DNA from: an uncultured Clostridia bacterium
GTDB taxonomy: Bacteria; Bacillota; Clostridia; Oscillospirales; Ruminococcaceae
Reading direction: 5' to 3'
NCBI GenBank assembly: GCA_945788225.1
Contig: CALZLD010000001.1
Coordinates: 1 to 46,718, forward strand
DNA length: 46,718 nucleotides
Shown here one piece after another: positions 1 through 9,651 of this stretch (its first letter is position 1; the number at the start of each line of letters is the position of its first letter). The translations under genes were made by a program, and so were the position numbers. Under the pieces are notes generated by a model. That model made no database searches. It was not told where the DNA came from and was given only the letters and a program-made list of their open reading frames with translations.

Positions 1-363
1 AGGTTCTACTCCGAGATTTTCAAGAGCAAAGGCAACATCTTCTTCAACTATCGTTGCGACTATCTGATTATCGGGGTTCTGAAAAACCATTCCGACGCGC
101 TGTCTTATATCAAAGAGCCTTTCATCATCGGCGGCATTTATTCCGTCAACGAATATTTCGCCCTTGTTCGCTGTTAATATAGCGTTGAAATGCTTGGCGA
201 TAGTTGACTTTCCCGAACCATTATGTCCGAGAACGGCAACAAATTCTCCTCTTTTTATATCAAGCGAAACGCCCTTTAAAACCTCTTTTATAGGTGCATC
301 CTCTTCAAAGCTTTCACTCTGATAGTGGAACCATACATTTTTTGCTTCGATTATATTATCCAT
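1..363 (-). CDS. ecfA: ABC-type ATPase, probably an energy-coupling factor (ECF) transporter ATPase; partial, C-terminus lies outside the window
   Basis: Minus-strand reading frame running off the window edge. Translation starts MDNIIEAKNVWFHYQSES and contains Walker A GHNGSGKST, then VGMVFQNPDNQ. The ATG at 361-363 is preceded by GGAAGTG. The ABC ATPase call is secure; the ECF assignment rests on N-terminal resemblance only. Confidence 0.7.
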   Translation of the reverse strand, partial: MDNIIEAKNVWFHYQSESFEEDAPIKEVLKGVSLDIKRGEFVAVLGHNGSGKSTIAKHFNAILTANKGEIFVDGINAADDERLFDIRQRVGMVFQNPDNQIVATIVEEDVAFALENLGVEP

Positions 364-387
364 TTTACACTTCCGATTAATTTGTAT

Positions 388-1257
388 TTATCTGTTTTCT
401 TCCCACATCGCTGTACTTCCGCAGGGAAGACACATTTCGCTTTTTTCGCAGATAAGACCTATTTCGTCTGCCGAGATTTTTCCGTCAAAACGCTTACCGA
501 CGGTTTCACCGAGAATATATGACATAACGGACGGTGAAAGTCCCGTTGTATAGCTATTAAGAAGGAAAAAGAGCGGTTTGTCGGAAAGAACTCCCGCACA
601 AAGATTGACAAGGTCATATATGCAGTCTTCAAGCTTCCAGACTTCTCCGCCGGGACCTCTGCCGTAGGAGGGAGGGTCCATAATAACAGCGTCGTATTTT
701 CTTCCTCTTTTTATTTCACGATTAACAAACTTTTCGCAGTCGTCTACTATCCAGCGTATCGGCTTTTCGGACAGTCCCGATGAAGCGGCATTCTCTCTTG
801 CCCACTGGACCATCCCCTTTGAAGCGTCAACATGACATACCGACGCTCCTGCCGAGGCGCAGGCAAGCGTTGCTCCGCCTGTATAAGCAAAAAGATTGAG
901 AACGCTTATTTCTCTTCCTGCATTTTTTATTTTTTCTCGCATAAAGTCCCAGTTTACAGCCTGCTCGGGAAAAAGCCCCGTATGCTTGAAGCCTGTGGGT
1001 TTTATGTTAAAGGTGAGGTCTTTATAGCTTATCTGCCATTCGGCAGGAAATTTCTTTTTAAAGTCCCAACAGCCGCCTCCCTTTGAGGAACGGTTATATC
1101 TTGCGTGGACATTTCCCCAAAGCTTCGGGTCTTTTTCGGTCTTCCAGATAACCTGTGGGTCAGGTCTTGCAAGGATAATGTCTCCCCACATTTCAAGCTT
1201 TTCGCCCGAAGAGGTATCAAGAAGGCGATAATCTTTCCAATCCTGCGTTGTTCTCAT
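388..1257 (-). CDS. Class I SAM-dependent methyltransferase (RlmI/YwbD-like rRNA methyltransferase family)
   Basis: 289-aa ORF. Contains the SAM-binding motif region VLNLFAYTGGATLACA and the DPPSYGRG motif typical of RlmI/RlmK-type methyltransferases. ATG at 1255-1257 with an AGGGAG RBS. Lies 10 nt downstream of glmM. Confidence 0.75.
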   Translation of the reverse strand: MRTTQDWKDYRLLDTSSGEKLEMWGDIILARPDPQVIWKTEKDPKLWGNVHARYNRSSKGGGCWDFKKKFPAEWQISYKDLTFNIKPTGFKHTGLFPEQAVNWDFMREKIKNAGREISVLNLFAYTGGATLACASAGASVCHVDASKGMVQWARENAASSGLSEKPIRWIVDDCEKFVNREIKRGRKYDAVIMDPPSYGRGPGGEVWKLEDCIYDLVNLCAGVLSDKPLFFLLNSYTTGLSPSVMSYILGETVGKRFDGKISADEIGLICEKSEMCLPCGSTAMWEENR

Positions 1258-1267
1258 TTTACGCTCC

Positions 1268-2623
1268 CTAAACCATAATTTTCTTGACTGTATCTGCTAT
1301 TTCCTCGGCAATAGCGTTAATCTCATTCTGTTCTCTGCCCTCGACCATAACTCTTATCAAAGGCTCTGTTCCGCTTTCACGGACGAGTATTCTGCCGTCG
1401 TCGCCGAGTTTTTTCTCGTTCTTTACGATACACTCTGTAATTTCTTTTATTTCACCGAGTTTATTTTTCCATTCTGCTTTTATCTTTACATTGACAAGCA
1501 CCTGCGGATAACGCTCCATAACAGAAGCAAGCTCGGACATTTTTTTGCCCGATTGTTTATAAAACGAAAGAAGCTTTGCCGCAGAAAGTTCTCCGTCGCC
1601 TGTTGTTGCGTTGTCAAGGAAAATGATATGTCCAGACTGCTCTCCGCCTAAGTTGAAGTTACCTTCTTTCATTCTTTCAAGAACATATCTGTCGCCGACT
1701 TTTGTACTTTCAACAGAAATATCATTCTCTTTTGCAAATTTCTTAAAACCGATATTTGTCATAACGGTAACTACTGCTGTACTGTTTTTAAGCGTTCCGT
1801 CGCTGTTCATAGCCTTTGCAAAAATTGCTATCAGCTTATCACCGTCAACTATCTCTCCGTTTTCATCTACGGCAAGGCATCTGTCTGCGTCGCCGTCAAA
1901 GGCAACGCCCAAGTCGCACTTGTTTTCTTTGACAAAAGCGCAGAGATTTTCCATATGAGTAGAACCGCATTTATCGTTGATATTTGTGCCGTCGGGCGAA
2001 GAACCGATACAGAGAACATCTGCTCCCATCTGTGAGAAAAGCTTTTTCGCAGTAACGGAAGAACTTCCCTCGGCACAGTCAACAGCAAGCTTTATTCCTG
2101 AAAGGTCTGTCGGAACTGCCGATTTGATATAGTCGATATATTCATCGGCGGCGGTTTCTTTTCTCGTTATTCTGCCGACTTCTGTTCCGTTTTTAAGATT
2201 TTCCGTAAGCACTTCGGGAGTATCGAGAATAAGAGCCTCGATTTCTTCCTCGATTTCATCGGAGAGCTTATAGCCGTCGTGAGCAAAAAGCTTTATGCCG
2301 TTAAATTCAACGCTGTTATGCGATGCGGAAATCATCACTCCAGCGTCGGCATTATATTTTTTAACAAGCATTGCAACCGCAGGCGTGGGGACAACTCCCA
2401 GAATAACAGCGTCCGCTCCGACAGAGCAGATACCGGCGCAAAGAGCCGATTCAAGAATATCCGATGAAATTCTTGTGTCTTTTCCGATAAAAATTTTTGC
2501 TTTATGGGCTGTATGCTTTGTAAGAACAAGCGCCGCCGCTCTGCCTATCTGCATTGCGGTCTCGCAGGTGAGTTCAGTTATCGCCACTCCCCTTGCGCCG
2601 TCTGTTCCGAATAATCTTGCCAT
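1268..2623 (-). CDS. glmM: Phosphoglucosamine mutase
   Basis: The track ORF is 508 aa, but the conserved GlmM N-terminus MARLFGTDGARGVA begins at the ATG at 2621-2623. The active-site serine loop is present (ISASHNSVEFNGIK). The upstream 57 codons overlap the ruvB 3' end and are not conserved-looking. Confidence 0.93.
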   Translation of the reverse strand: MARLFGTDGARGVAITELTCETAMQIGRAAALVLTKHTAHKAKIFIGKDTRISSDILESALCAGICSVGADAVILGVVPTPAVAMLVKKYNADAGVMISASHNSVEFNGIKLFAHDGYKLSDEIEEEIEALILDTPEVLTENLKNGTEVGRITRKETAADEYIDYIKSAVPTDLSGIKLAVDCAEGSSSVTAKKLFSQMGADVLCIGSSPDGTNINDKCGSTHMENLCAFVKENKCDLGVAFDGDADRCLAVDENGEIVDGDKLIAIFAKAMNSDGTLKNSTAVVTVMTNIGFKKFAKENDISVESTKVGDRYVLERMKEGNFNLGGEQSGHIIFLDNATTGDGELSAAKLLSFYKQSGKKMSELASVMERYPQVLVNVKIKAEWKNKLGEIKEITECIVKNEKKLGDDGRILVRESGTEPLIRVMVEGREQNEINAIAEEIADTVKKIMV

Positions 2624-2642
2624 TGATTTTTCTCCTTTCAGT

Positions 2643-3701
2643 TTACAAAAGACTTTGCTGTCCGTCGTCGGACGAGCCTGAACCTTCCTTTTTATATCCA
2701 AGGTGTTCATATGCAAGAGCAGTGGCGCATCTTCCGCGCGGAGTTCTTGAAATAAAGCCAAGCTGCATAAGATAAGGCTCGCAGACATCTTCAAGAGTGA
2801 CTGACTCTTCGCCTATTGCGGAGGCAAGGGTTTCAAGTCCGACAGGTCCGCCGTTATAGCCTTTGATAATCATTTCAAGCATACGCTTATCGAGAGTGTC
2901 AAGCCCCAATGAGTCTATTTCAAGTCTGTCAAGAGCGACAGAAGCTATATCCTTTGTGATAATCCCGTTGCCCATAACCTCGGCAAAGTCGCGGACTCTT
3001 TTTAAAAGTCGGTTTGCAATACGGGGTGTTCCTCTTGAACGCTTTGCTATTTCCATAGCGCCGTCCTTTTCGCAGGAAATACCGAGAACCCCACTACTGC
3101 GCATAACTATTTCACAAAGCTGTTCGTGGGTATACATTTCAAGGCGCATTACCATTCCGAAGCGGTCGCGGAGAGGTGAAGTAAGCTGACCTGCTCTTGT
3201 TGTTGCTCCGACAAGAGTAAATTTAGGCAAGTCAATTCTTATCGACTGAGCAGAAGGCCCTTTACCGATAATGATATCAAGGGCGCAGTCTTCAAGCGCG
3301 GGATAGAGTATTTCTTCAATAGCTCTTGACAGACGGTGAATTTCGTCAATGAAAAGAACATCATTCTCGGAAAGGTTTGTAAGAAGCGCCGCAAGGTCGC
3401 CCGGCTTTTCTATTGCAGGTCCTGAGGTTATTCTGATATTAACACCCATCTCGTGAGCGATAATTGCCGAGAGAGTTGTCTTTCCGAGTCCGGGAGGGCC
3501 GTAAAGAAGAACATGGTCGAGGGGTTCTCCTCTTTGCTTTGCGGCTTCTATAAAAATCTTCAGATTTTCTTTTACCTTATCCTGACCTATGTATTCGTCA
3601 AGAGTTTTGGGGCGCAATGAAAAATCTATGTCGGTATCTTCCCTTGTGGCTTCGGGAGTAACCATTCTGTCCTCAAAATTGATTTCTCCTGCTTCGAGCA
3701 T
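2643..3701 (-). CDS. ruvB: Holliday junction branch migration DNA helicase RuvB
   Basis: 352 aa. Has the AAA+ Walker [19 protein letters not shown] and an RuvB-type C-terminal winged helix. ATG with an AAGGAAGTGA RBS. Confidence 0.96.
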   Translation of the reverse strand: MLEAGEINFEDRMVTPEATREDTDIDFSLRPKTLDEYIGQDKVKENLKIFIEAAKQRGEPLDHVLLYGPPGLGKTTLSAIIAHEMGVNIRITSGPAIEKPGDLAALLTNLSENDVLFIDEIHRLSRAIEEILYPALEDCALDIIIGKGPSAQSIRIDLPKFTLVGATTRAGQLTSPLRDRFGMVMRLEMYTHEQLCEIVMRSSGVLGISCEKDGAMEIAKRSRGTPRIANRLLKRVRDFAEVMGNGIITKDIASVALDRLEIDSLGLDTLDKRMLEMIIKGYNGGPVGLETLASAIGEESVTLEDVCEPYLMQLGFISRTPRGRCATALAYEHLGYKKEGSGSSDDGQQSLL

Positions 3702-3719
3702 TGTTTCACTTCCTTAAAT

Positions 3720-4328
3720 TTACTTCTTATTTCTTCCGATAAGCTGTAATGATTTTCTAATAAGTTCGGGAGCGGAAAGAGCCGGGTCAAGCGTTGAAAC
3801 AACCGACGCCGCTTCTGTCTGAGAGTATCCGAGAACGACAAGTGCGGAAATTGCTTCGCTCACTGCTCCGCCCTGATTTGCTGTTGTAAATTCGGCAACG
3901 GACGCACTTTCTGCTGATAACTGTTCCTTGGCGATTTTATCTTTAAGTTCAAGAATAATTCTCTGAGCAAGCTTTGGACCTACTCCCTTTGTTTTTGTGA
4001 ACGCCTTTGCGTCGCCCGTTGCAACGGAAAGAGCGAATTTTTCAGGTGTGGTATCCGAAAGAATTGCAAGCGCAGTACGAGGTCCCGCTCCCGAAACGGA
4101 AAGGAGCATTTTAAAGCAGGCAAGCTCGTTCTGTGAATAAAAGCCGAAAAGCTCGACAGCGTCTTCTCTGACATGAAGATAAGTAAAAAGTTTTACCGTA
4201 TCTCCTATTGCTCCTATCTGTGAAAGTGTTGAAAAGGTCGTACGGCAGGCATATCCCACTCCCGAAGCTTCAATAACCGCAAGGTTCTGTTCTGTGTGGA
4301 CAAGCTCGCCCTTTATGCTGTAAATCAT
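3720..4328 (-). CDS. ruvA: Holliday junction DNA helicase subunit RuvA
   Basis: 202 aa. N-terminus MIYSIKGELV, and a helix-hairpin-helix region LLSVSGAGPRTALAIL..KGVGPKLAQRIILEL typical of RuvA. Sits immediately upstream of ruvB. Confidence 0.95.
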   Translation of the reverse strand: MIYSIKGELVHTEQNLAVIEASGVGYACRTTFSTLSQIGAIGDTVKLFTYLHVREDAVELFGFYSQNELACFKMLLSVSGAGPRTALAILSDTTPEKFALSVATGDAKAFTKTKGVGPKLAQRIILELKDKIAKEQLSAESASVAEFTTANQGGAVSEAISALVVLGYSQTEAASVVSTLDPALSAPELIRKSLQLIGRNKK

Positions 4329-4334
4329 AATATT

Positions 4335-4835
4335 CTATTCTCCTATTTTGTGATATATACGCTGTGAGTTCATTGTGTGTCCGTGACATATTGCGATGGC
4401 AAGCGCGTCGGCAGTATCGTCGGGCTTTGGAACAGACGCAAGACAGAGGATTTTTCTTGTCATTTCCATTACCTGCTTTTTTTCGGCTCTGCCGTATCCG
4501 ACAACAGACTGCTTGACCTGCAACGGAGTATATTCCGTAATGGGAACTGCCCGCTGAGCCGCCGCAAGAATTGTAACTCCCCTTGCCTGAGCAACATCGA
4601 TACCTGTTTTCTGGTTGGTGTTGAAATAAAGCTTTTCAATAGCCATTGTATCGGGGCGGTATGTATCGAGAATTGTGCACATATCGCGGTAAATATCGGA
4701 TAATCTTTCATAAAAAGGGGTGTGAGCCTCGGTGGTGATTGCTCCGAAAGCTATTGTTTTAAAGCTTCTTCCATCATATTCAAGAACGCCGTATCCTATT
4801 ATGGCATATCCGGGGTCTATTCCGAGAATACGCAA
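4335..4835 (-). CDS. ruvC: Crossover junction endodeoxyribonuclease RuvC
   Basis: The conserved RuvC N-terminus (M)RILGIDPGYAIIGYGV begins at the TTG at 4833-4835, 6 nt after a GGGGGTG RBS. The 243-aa track ORF extends into the AT-rich promoter region and is probably an artefact. The start codon choice is the uncertain part. Confidence 0.88.
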   Translation of the reverse strand: MRILGIDPGYAIIGYGVLEYDGRSFKTIAFGAITTEAHTPFYERLSDIYRDMCTILDTYRPDTMAIEKLYFNTNQKTGIDVAQARGVTILAAAQRAVPITEYTPLQVKQSVVGYGRAEKKQVMEMTRKILCLASVPKPDDTADALAIAICHGHTMNSQRIYHKIGE

Positions 4836-4980
4836 AGCAACACCCCCATAAAAGTAAAATTTATCCAGCATATACAAACATCTGCATATTAACGATTTAT
4901 TATACCATATTATTGTGATAATATCAAGTTTTTGGCGGAAGAATTTTTTTGTCTTTAAATACAGATTTACCCAAAAATTA

Positions 4981-5009
4981 TTGCAATAGCTGAAAAAAGA
5001 ATGTATAAT
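4981..5009 (+). promoter_or_regulatory. Sigma-A type promoter for ispDF
   Basis: TTGCAA (4981-4986), 17-nt spacer, then TGTATAAT extended -10 (TATAAT at 5004-5009). Lies about 30 nt upstream of the ispD ATG. Confidence 0.6.
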
Positions 5010-5040
5010 TATTCTGACAGAACAGAGAAAGGGTGCTTTT

Positions 5041-5733
5041 ATGGCTTTAAACGATACAACCGTCATAATTGCTGCGGCGGGCAGCGCTTCAAGAATGAAA
5101 GGCGAGGATAAGCTCCTTGCCGACCTTTGCGGAAAATCGGTTATTGCAAGAACTATTCTTGCATTCGAGAACGCTCCGTCTGTTGCGGAGATAATAATTG
5201 TAACAAAGGAAAAGAAAATTCCTCAGTATGAAATGATTGTCGCTTCTTGCGGAGCAACAAAAGTCAAGAATATCGTCGCAGGAGGAGAAACAAGGCAGCA
5301 GTCTGTTATAAACGGGCTTAAAGCTTCGGAGTGTGAAAGCACGATGATTGCCGTTCACGATGGAGCAAGACCTCTTGTAAGCACCGAACTGATTGAAAAA
5401 GCTATTGCAGACGCAAGGATATTCGGAGGAGCAACGCTTGGTGTTCCCGTCAAGGATACTGTCAAGGTAGTTGACGGAGGACTTGTTACCGATACGCCCG
5501 ACCGTTCAAAGCTTTATCTTATACAGACTCCGCAGGTGTTCAAGAAAACGATATATGTCGACGGAGTGAATTTTGCCATCGCTCACGGTCTTGACTTTAC
5601 GGATGATTGCCAGCTCGTCGAAGCGGTATGCGGAAAAATCGCCGTTACAGAGAGCGATTACCGCAACATAAAGATAACTACTCCCGACGACCTTATTATC
5701 GCAAGAGCGATGTTAGGCGGTGACGAAAAATAA
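5041..5733 (+). CDS. ispD: 2-C-methyl-D-erythritol 4-phosphate cytidylyltransferase
   Basis: 230 aa. N-terminal AAGSASRM nucleotide-binding loop, VHDGARP and LIQTPQVF motifs typical of IspD. Its stop overlaps the ispF start (TAATG). Confidence 0.93.
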   Translation: MALNDTTVIIAAAGSASRMKGEDKLLADLCGKSVIARTILAFENAPSVAEIIIVTKEKKIPQYEMIVASCGATKVKNIVAGGETRQQSVINGLKASECESTMIAVHDGARPLVSTELIEKAIADARIFGGATLGVPVKDTVKVVDGGLVTDTPDRSKLYLIQTPQVFKKTIYVDGVNFAIAHGLDFTDDCQLVEAVCGKIAVTESDYRNIKITTPDDLIIARAMLGGDEK

Positions 5734-6209
5734 TGAGAATAGGTCACGGATACGATGTTCACAAACTAGTTGAAAACAGAAAACTGATTTTGGGCGGAGT
5801 GGAAATTCCGTATGAGAAAGGGCTTCTCGGACATTCGGACGCGGATGTTCTTGTTCACGCTGTAATGGACAGTATTCTGGGTGCTCTTGCGCTTGGTGAT
5901 ATAGGCATGCATTTCCCTGATAACGATGAAAATTACAAAGACGCGAACAGCATTGAACTTCTTAAAAAAGTTTGCGGAATAATGAGCGAAAAGGGATATA
6001 AGCTCGGCAATATCGACACAACGATAATATGTCAGGAGCCAAAGCTTGCGCCTTTTATTGAAAAAATGCGTGACAATATTGCAAAGGCTTTGAATTGTGA
6101 TGTAGGTTCTGTAAGCGTAAAGGCCACTACCGAGGAAAAGCTTGGATTTACAGGAAGTAAAGAAGGCATTTCAGCCCACGCTGTTTGTCTTTTGGAGGAA
6201 TTAAAATGA
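5733..6209 (+). CDS. ispF: 2-C-methyl-D-erythritol 2,4-cyclodiphosphate synthase
   Basis: 158 aa. [12 protein letters not shown] and [11 protein letters not shown] zinc-ligand motifs characteristic of IspF. Confidence 0.95.
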   Translation: MRIGHGYDVHKLVENRKLILGGVEIPYEKGLLGHSDADVLVHAVMDSILGALALGDIGMHFPDNDENYKDANSIELLKKVCGIMSEKGYKLGNIDTTIICQEPKLAPFIEKMRDNIAKALNCDVGSVSVKATTEEKLGFTGSKEGISAHAVCLLEELK

Positions 6210-6760
6210 CGGAAAGAGAAAAAATGCTCTCAGGAGAGTTATATATGCCCGAAGACGAAGAGCTTTCGGAGCTAAGGCTCAAAGCAAGGCTTTTATGTGA
6301 AAAATTCAATAAAACTTCTGTTACGGAGCTTGACGAAAGAACTGCGATATTAAAAGAGCTATTCGGAAATGTCGGCGGAAGAATTTATATTGAGCCTGAT
6401 TTTCATTGCGATTATGGCTGTAACATATATGTCGGAGATAATTTTTATGCAAACTTCGGATGCGTTATACTCGATGTTGCGGAAGTGAAAATCGGCAGAA
6501 ACTGTTTTCTTGCCCCCGGAGTTGTTATTGCGACGGCAACTCATCCGAAAAGAGCAAGTGAACGCTATAACGGTCTTGAACTTGCAAAGCCTATCACAAT
6601 AGGCGATGATTGCTGGATAGGCGCAAGGGCTGTTATTAATCCCGGAGTAACGCTCGGAAACGGCGTTGTTGTCGCCTCGGGAGCGGTTGTCACAAAGAAT
6701 TTCGGGGATAATGTGGTCATAGGCGGTGTTCCCGCAAAATTAATTTCCGAGATAGATTGA
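6206..6760 (+). CDS. maa: Sugar O-acetyltransferase (maltose/galactoside acetyltransferase family, left-handed beta-helix)
   Basis: The N-terminal [27 protein letters not shown] is the typical Mac/Maa N-terminal domain, followed by hexapeptide repeats ([31 protein letters not shown]). Start chosen at the ATG at 6206, behind a GGAGGA RBS, rather than the track start at 6185. Confidence 0.85.
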   Translation: MTEREKMLSGELYMPEDEELSELRLKARLLCEKFNKTSVTELDERTAILKELFGNVGGRIYIEPDFHCDYGCNIYVGDNFYANFGCVILDVAEVKIGRNCFLAPGVVIATATHPKRASERYNGLELAKPITIGDDCWIGARAVINPGVTLGNGVVVASGAVVTKNFGDNVVIGGVPAKLISEID

Positions 6761-6781
6761 TTTTATTATTGGAGGATTTTT

Positions 6782-7378
6782 ATGAAAAGGCTTTCGCTCG
6801 TTTACCCTGTTATCACATACCGTTCAAAGCTTAAAAGAAATTTAGGCTTTGTTGTCACGGAAGACTGGATAGTAGGTCAGCTTTATACCGATAACACGGG
6901 AAATAAATATCTTCTTGCCGCTCCACCCGAAAACGAAGAGCACCAGCGGTTTTATGATGTTTCAAATCTAAGACAGGAAACAATAGGAGTAATTTCTCCA
7001 TTTAAAACAAATACCGATAAGCCTATCTTTGACGGTGATATTATATCTGTCGTTGCGTATAACGGAGTCGTGAACGATACCCCTCAGAATGTTATGGGAA
7101 TTGACGGAGAAAGCGTTATGGTTGAAAAAGAGCGTCAGATCTCTATTCCCGAAAATGCCGAGATAACCTTTTCTGCAGAGGGAATAGTAAGAAATTACAA
7201 CGGAAATTTCTTTTTTGAATATGCGGATTTTGAAAAGGTTTCGCTGGGAACGGCTACTATTCCTCTTTATCAATTCTATACGCCCGATTTTGTCCCCATC
7301 GAAAATCATATTATTGACATTATCGGAAATATTTATGATAACCCACAGCTTTCACAGCAGATTTTGTATTATACATAA
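6782..7378 (+). CDS. YopX-like domain protein (phage-associated family), function unknown
   Basis: 198 aa. C-terminal IIGNIYDNPQL closely matches the IGNIhxNPELL signature ending YopX-family proteins. Also has the upstream DGDII beta-barrel motif. GGAGGA RBS. Confidence 0.55.
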   Translation: MKRLSLVYPVITYRSKLKRNLGFVVTEDWIVGQLYTDNTGNKYLLAAPPENEEHQRFYDVSNLRQETIGVISPFKTNTDKPIFDGDIISVVAYNGVVNDTPQNVMGIDGESVMVEKERQISIPENAEITFSAEGIVRNYNGNFFFEYADFEKVSLGTATIPLYQFYTPDFVPIENHIIDIIGNIYDNPQLSQQILYYT

Positions 7379-7380
7379 AC

Positions 7381-7417
7381 AAAAAGAGTACCATATCTGA
7401 TATGGTACTCTTTTTTT
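7381..7417. terminator. Bidirectional rho-independent terminator
   Basis: AAAAAGAGTACCATAT-ctg-ATATGGTACTCTTTTTTT: a 12-bp perfect stem flanked by an A-run and a T-run. Sits between convergent genes. Confidence 0.9.
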
Positions 7418-7418
7418 A

Positions 7419-9515
7419 TCATTTTCTGTTGTCGCTGTCAATCGGCTTTGGAACGGGAGCCGACGCTCCGCTCTTTGCGGATGAGGCAAATCCGAAATTC
7501 GATTTGCCGTGCTTCTTTACGCCGTACATTGCTTCGTCCGCCGCATTGAGCAATTCTTCGCAGTTCTTGCCGTTTTCGTTGAAGTGGGCAATACCTATAG
7601 AACAGTTAATAGAAAGATGCTCGCCCGTTGATTCGGATGTGAAGCCCTTGGACATTGTCTTTATAAGGTCGCCCGCAACATCAGCGGGAGCAACATTCGG
7701 AACATTGATACAAGCAACAAATTCGTCGCCTCCGAAACGACCTGCAAAGCCTCTCTCAAATGTGAGTTCTTTCAAGGTGTCGGCTGTAAATTTGAGTACT
7801 TCGTCGCCGCAGGCGTGGCCAAAATCATCGTTGAAGTGCTTGAAATCGTCAAGGTCGATAAACATAATAAAGCTGTTATATTTGCGGACGGTCGAGAGCT
7901 CAAACTCATTGGCAAGTGCCTTGATAAAGCTTTCTCTGTTATAAACCTGAGTCAGAGCGTCAAAGTTTGCTCTCTGGATAAGACGCATTTCATCGCGCTT
8001 TTCACGGTCAATGTCAACTATGACGCCGATAAGCTTGGTGGGAACATCGTCACGGTCAAAGAACTTTGTGGCACGGATGAGCACCCACGCAAAGTCGCCG
8101 TAGATATTCTGGAATCGGTATTCGCCCTGAAGATAGTTGGAGCCTGTGCCCAAAATTCTGTCAAGGTCGGCAAAATATCTTTCACGGTCGTCCTTATGTA
8201 TTCTCAGCTTATAGAAAAAGCTGTCCTGAATATCGTCCGATTTAGGTCTGAAACTGAACTTTTTGTTGAAATTATTTGAAACATAGACAGTCTGTTTTGA
8301 GAAGTTAATCTCAAACACAATATTGTTTGTCATTTCAACAATGGTACGGTAACGCTGTTCGCTTTCAAAAACATCGTCAAACATCGCGTTGAACGCTCTG
8401 CCTATCTGACCGTATTCATCATAGGAATCAACATCAAATCTTGCCTTCTGGTCTCCTCTGCTCTTTTTGGTGAGAACATTGACAATATTGAGAATAGGCT
8501 TTGAAAAATAAATCACAAAGAACACGATAATTGCAGTTTCAAGAACAAAGCATACAACCGTCGCAATCTTGAAAGCGGTCGTGTTGATGTTGAGTTCTTT
8601 GGCAATATCATTTCTGCCGACTATTGTAACAAGCTTCCAGTTTGTTCCGCAGATGCCTGTAATATGAACAAATTCGGTTGTGCGGTCTATATCTGTTTTT
8701 TCAAATATTTCATTGTCGGATAAATCTGCTCTGGAAAAAATATCCGTATATACAGAGAAGTTGTTATCTTTTTTATACTCGCTTGCCTTTCCGCTTGAAA
8801 GCGAAAGAATGTTTTGATAAGCGTCGGTTATTCCGCCTGTTGACGAACCTATAACCTTTGTATCAAAGAGATTTTTCTGTATCTGGGTTGTTGTGCAAAG
8901 CTGAACGAATGTTCCGACATTATTTTCATCGTATGTAATATTCCTGCAAACAAGGAATGCCGCGGTGGTTGTTCCGCCAACCTTGATATTGATGAAATCA
9001 GATACTCCCCCGCTGTTTGACGCAAGCGAAATTCTGTCGGGATCATCGGAGATAACTGACAGATATTCATCGCACCCCTCGGACATTACGATGACATTGC
9101 CCTCAGCGTCAAGAATAACGGCAAGCTCGACATTCGGATTGCTTTGTTGATATGAATTGACCGAATTCTGAACATAAGCTTTGATATCGTCAAGTCGGCT
9201 GTAATCGGGATGATAAGGTCTGTCATAAGGCGACATTGACATAATCGCAGTGTAAGAGGAAATATCTTTATTTATGGCTATATTTCTGCCGTGGTTCTGT
9301 AATTCATTGACAAAAGAGCCGACCATCTCCGCTCTTGCCGAAGCTGAACTGCATATAACCTGCATTGCTGCGGAATCGACGGCATCCGAAGATTCTTTAA
9401 AAGCAACTATATTGAAAATCGCCATTGCAATCAAAGCAATAAGCGCCATTGCAAGCGCAAATTTTGTTGTAATTTTCAGAATGTCGCCCCCTTTTTCGGA
9501 AATATCAATATACAC
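7419..9515 (-). CDS. Sensor diguanylate cyclase (TM, large extracytoplasmic Cache-like region, TM, HAMP, PAS, GGDEF)
   Basis: 698 aa. Two hydrophobic segments bracket about 280 aa. The C-terminal GGDEF domain has an intact RFGGDEF active site and YNRESF. The start is uncertain: the track start is a GTG without an RBS, and an AAAGGGGG RBS sits just inside the ORF. Confidence 0.85.
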   Translation of the reverse strand: MYIDISEKGGDILKITTKFALAMALIALIAMAIFNIVAFKESSDAVDSAAMQVICSSASARAEMVGSFVNELQNHGRNIAINKDISSYTAIMSMSPYDRPYHPDYSRLDDIKAYVQNSVNSYQQSNPNVELAVILDAEGNVIVMSEGCDEYLSVISDDPDRISLASNSGGVSDFINIKVGGTTTAAFLVCRNITYDENNVGTFVQLCTTTQIQKNLFDTKVIGSSTGGITDAYQNILSLSSGKASEYKKDNNFSVYTDIFSRADLSDNEIFEKTDIDRTTEFVHITGICGTNWKLVTIVGRNDIAKELNINTTAFKIATVVCFVLETAIIVFFVIYFSKPILNIVNVLTKKSRGDQKARFDVDSYDEYGQIGRAFNAMFDDVFESEQRYRTIVEMTNNIVFEINFSKQTVYVSNNFNKKFSFRPKSDDIQDSFFYKLRIHKDDRERYFADLDRILGTGSNYLQGEYRFQNIYGDFAWVLIRATKFFDRDDVPTKLIGVIVDIDREKRDEMRLIQRANFDALTQVYNRESFIKALANEFELSTVRKYNSFIMFIDLDDFKHFNDDFGHACGDEVLKFTADTLKELTFERGFAGRFGGDEFVACINVPNVAPADVAGDLIKTMSKGFTSESTGEHLSINCSIGIAHFNENGKNCEELLNAADEAMYGVKKHGKSNFGFASSAKSGASAPVPKPIDSDNRK

Positions 9516-9607
9516 TTATACTCATATTACATTATAATGCAAAAATGATAATTTGTAAAGTATTTTTTTAAATATTTTACTAAAATAAAATATATATTTT
9601 CAAAGCC

Positions 9608-9640
9608 AAAGCCGTCTGGGATATATTCCCAAACGGCTTT
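9608..9640 (-). terminator. Probable terminator of the glycoside hydrolase gene
   Basis: AAAGCCGTcTGGG-atatatt-CCCAaACGGCTTT hairpin, 12 nt past the stop codon. Confidence 0.6.
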
Positions 9641-9651
9641 AAAAATCGTTA

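Noticed and set aside
1268-2794. N-terminally extended track ORFs: GlmM 508 aa, RuvC 243 aa (4335-5066), Dfx 165 aa (39684-40181), the second DLP from 19101, MntR-like from the GTG at 44892
   Set aside because: In each case the conserved family N-terminus starts at an internal start codon with a properly spaced Shine-Dalgarno sequence. The extensions overlap upstream genes, a tRNA gene or AT-rich promoter DNA.
7385-7411. Hairpins at 7385-7411 and 45012-45039 share the core GTACCATA...TATGGTAC, so I considered a repeated palindromic (REP-like) element family
   Set aside because: There are only two copies. Both sit exactly at gene 3' ends with flanking T-runs, so they are explained as ordinary intrinsic terminators. 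The other terminators in the window do not share the core. A whole-genome count would be needed to revive the idea.
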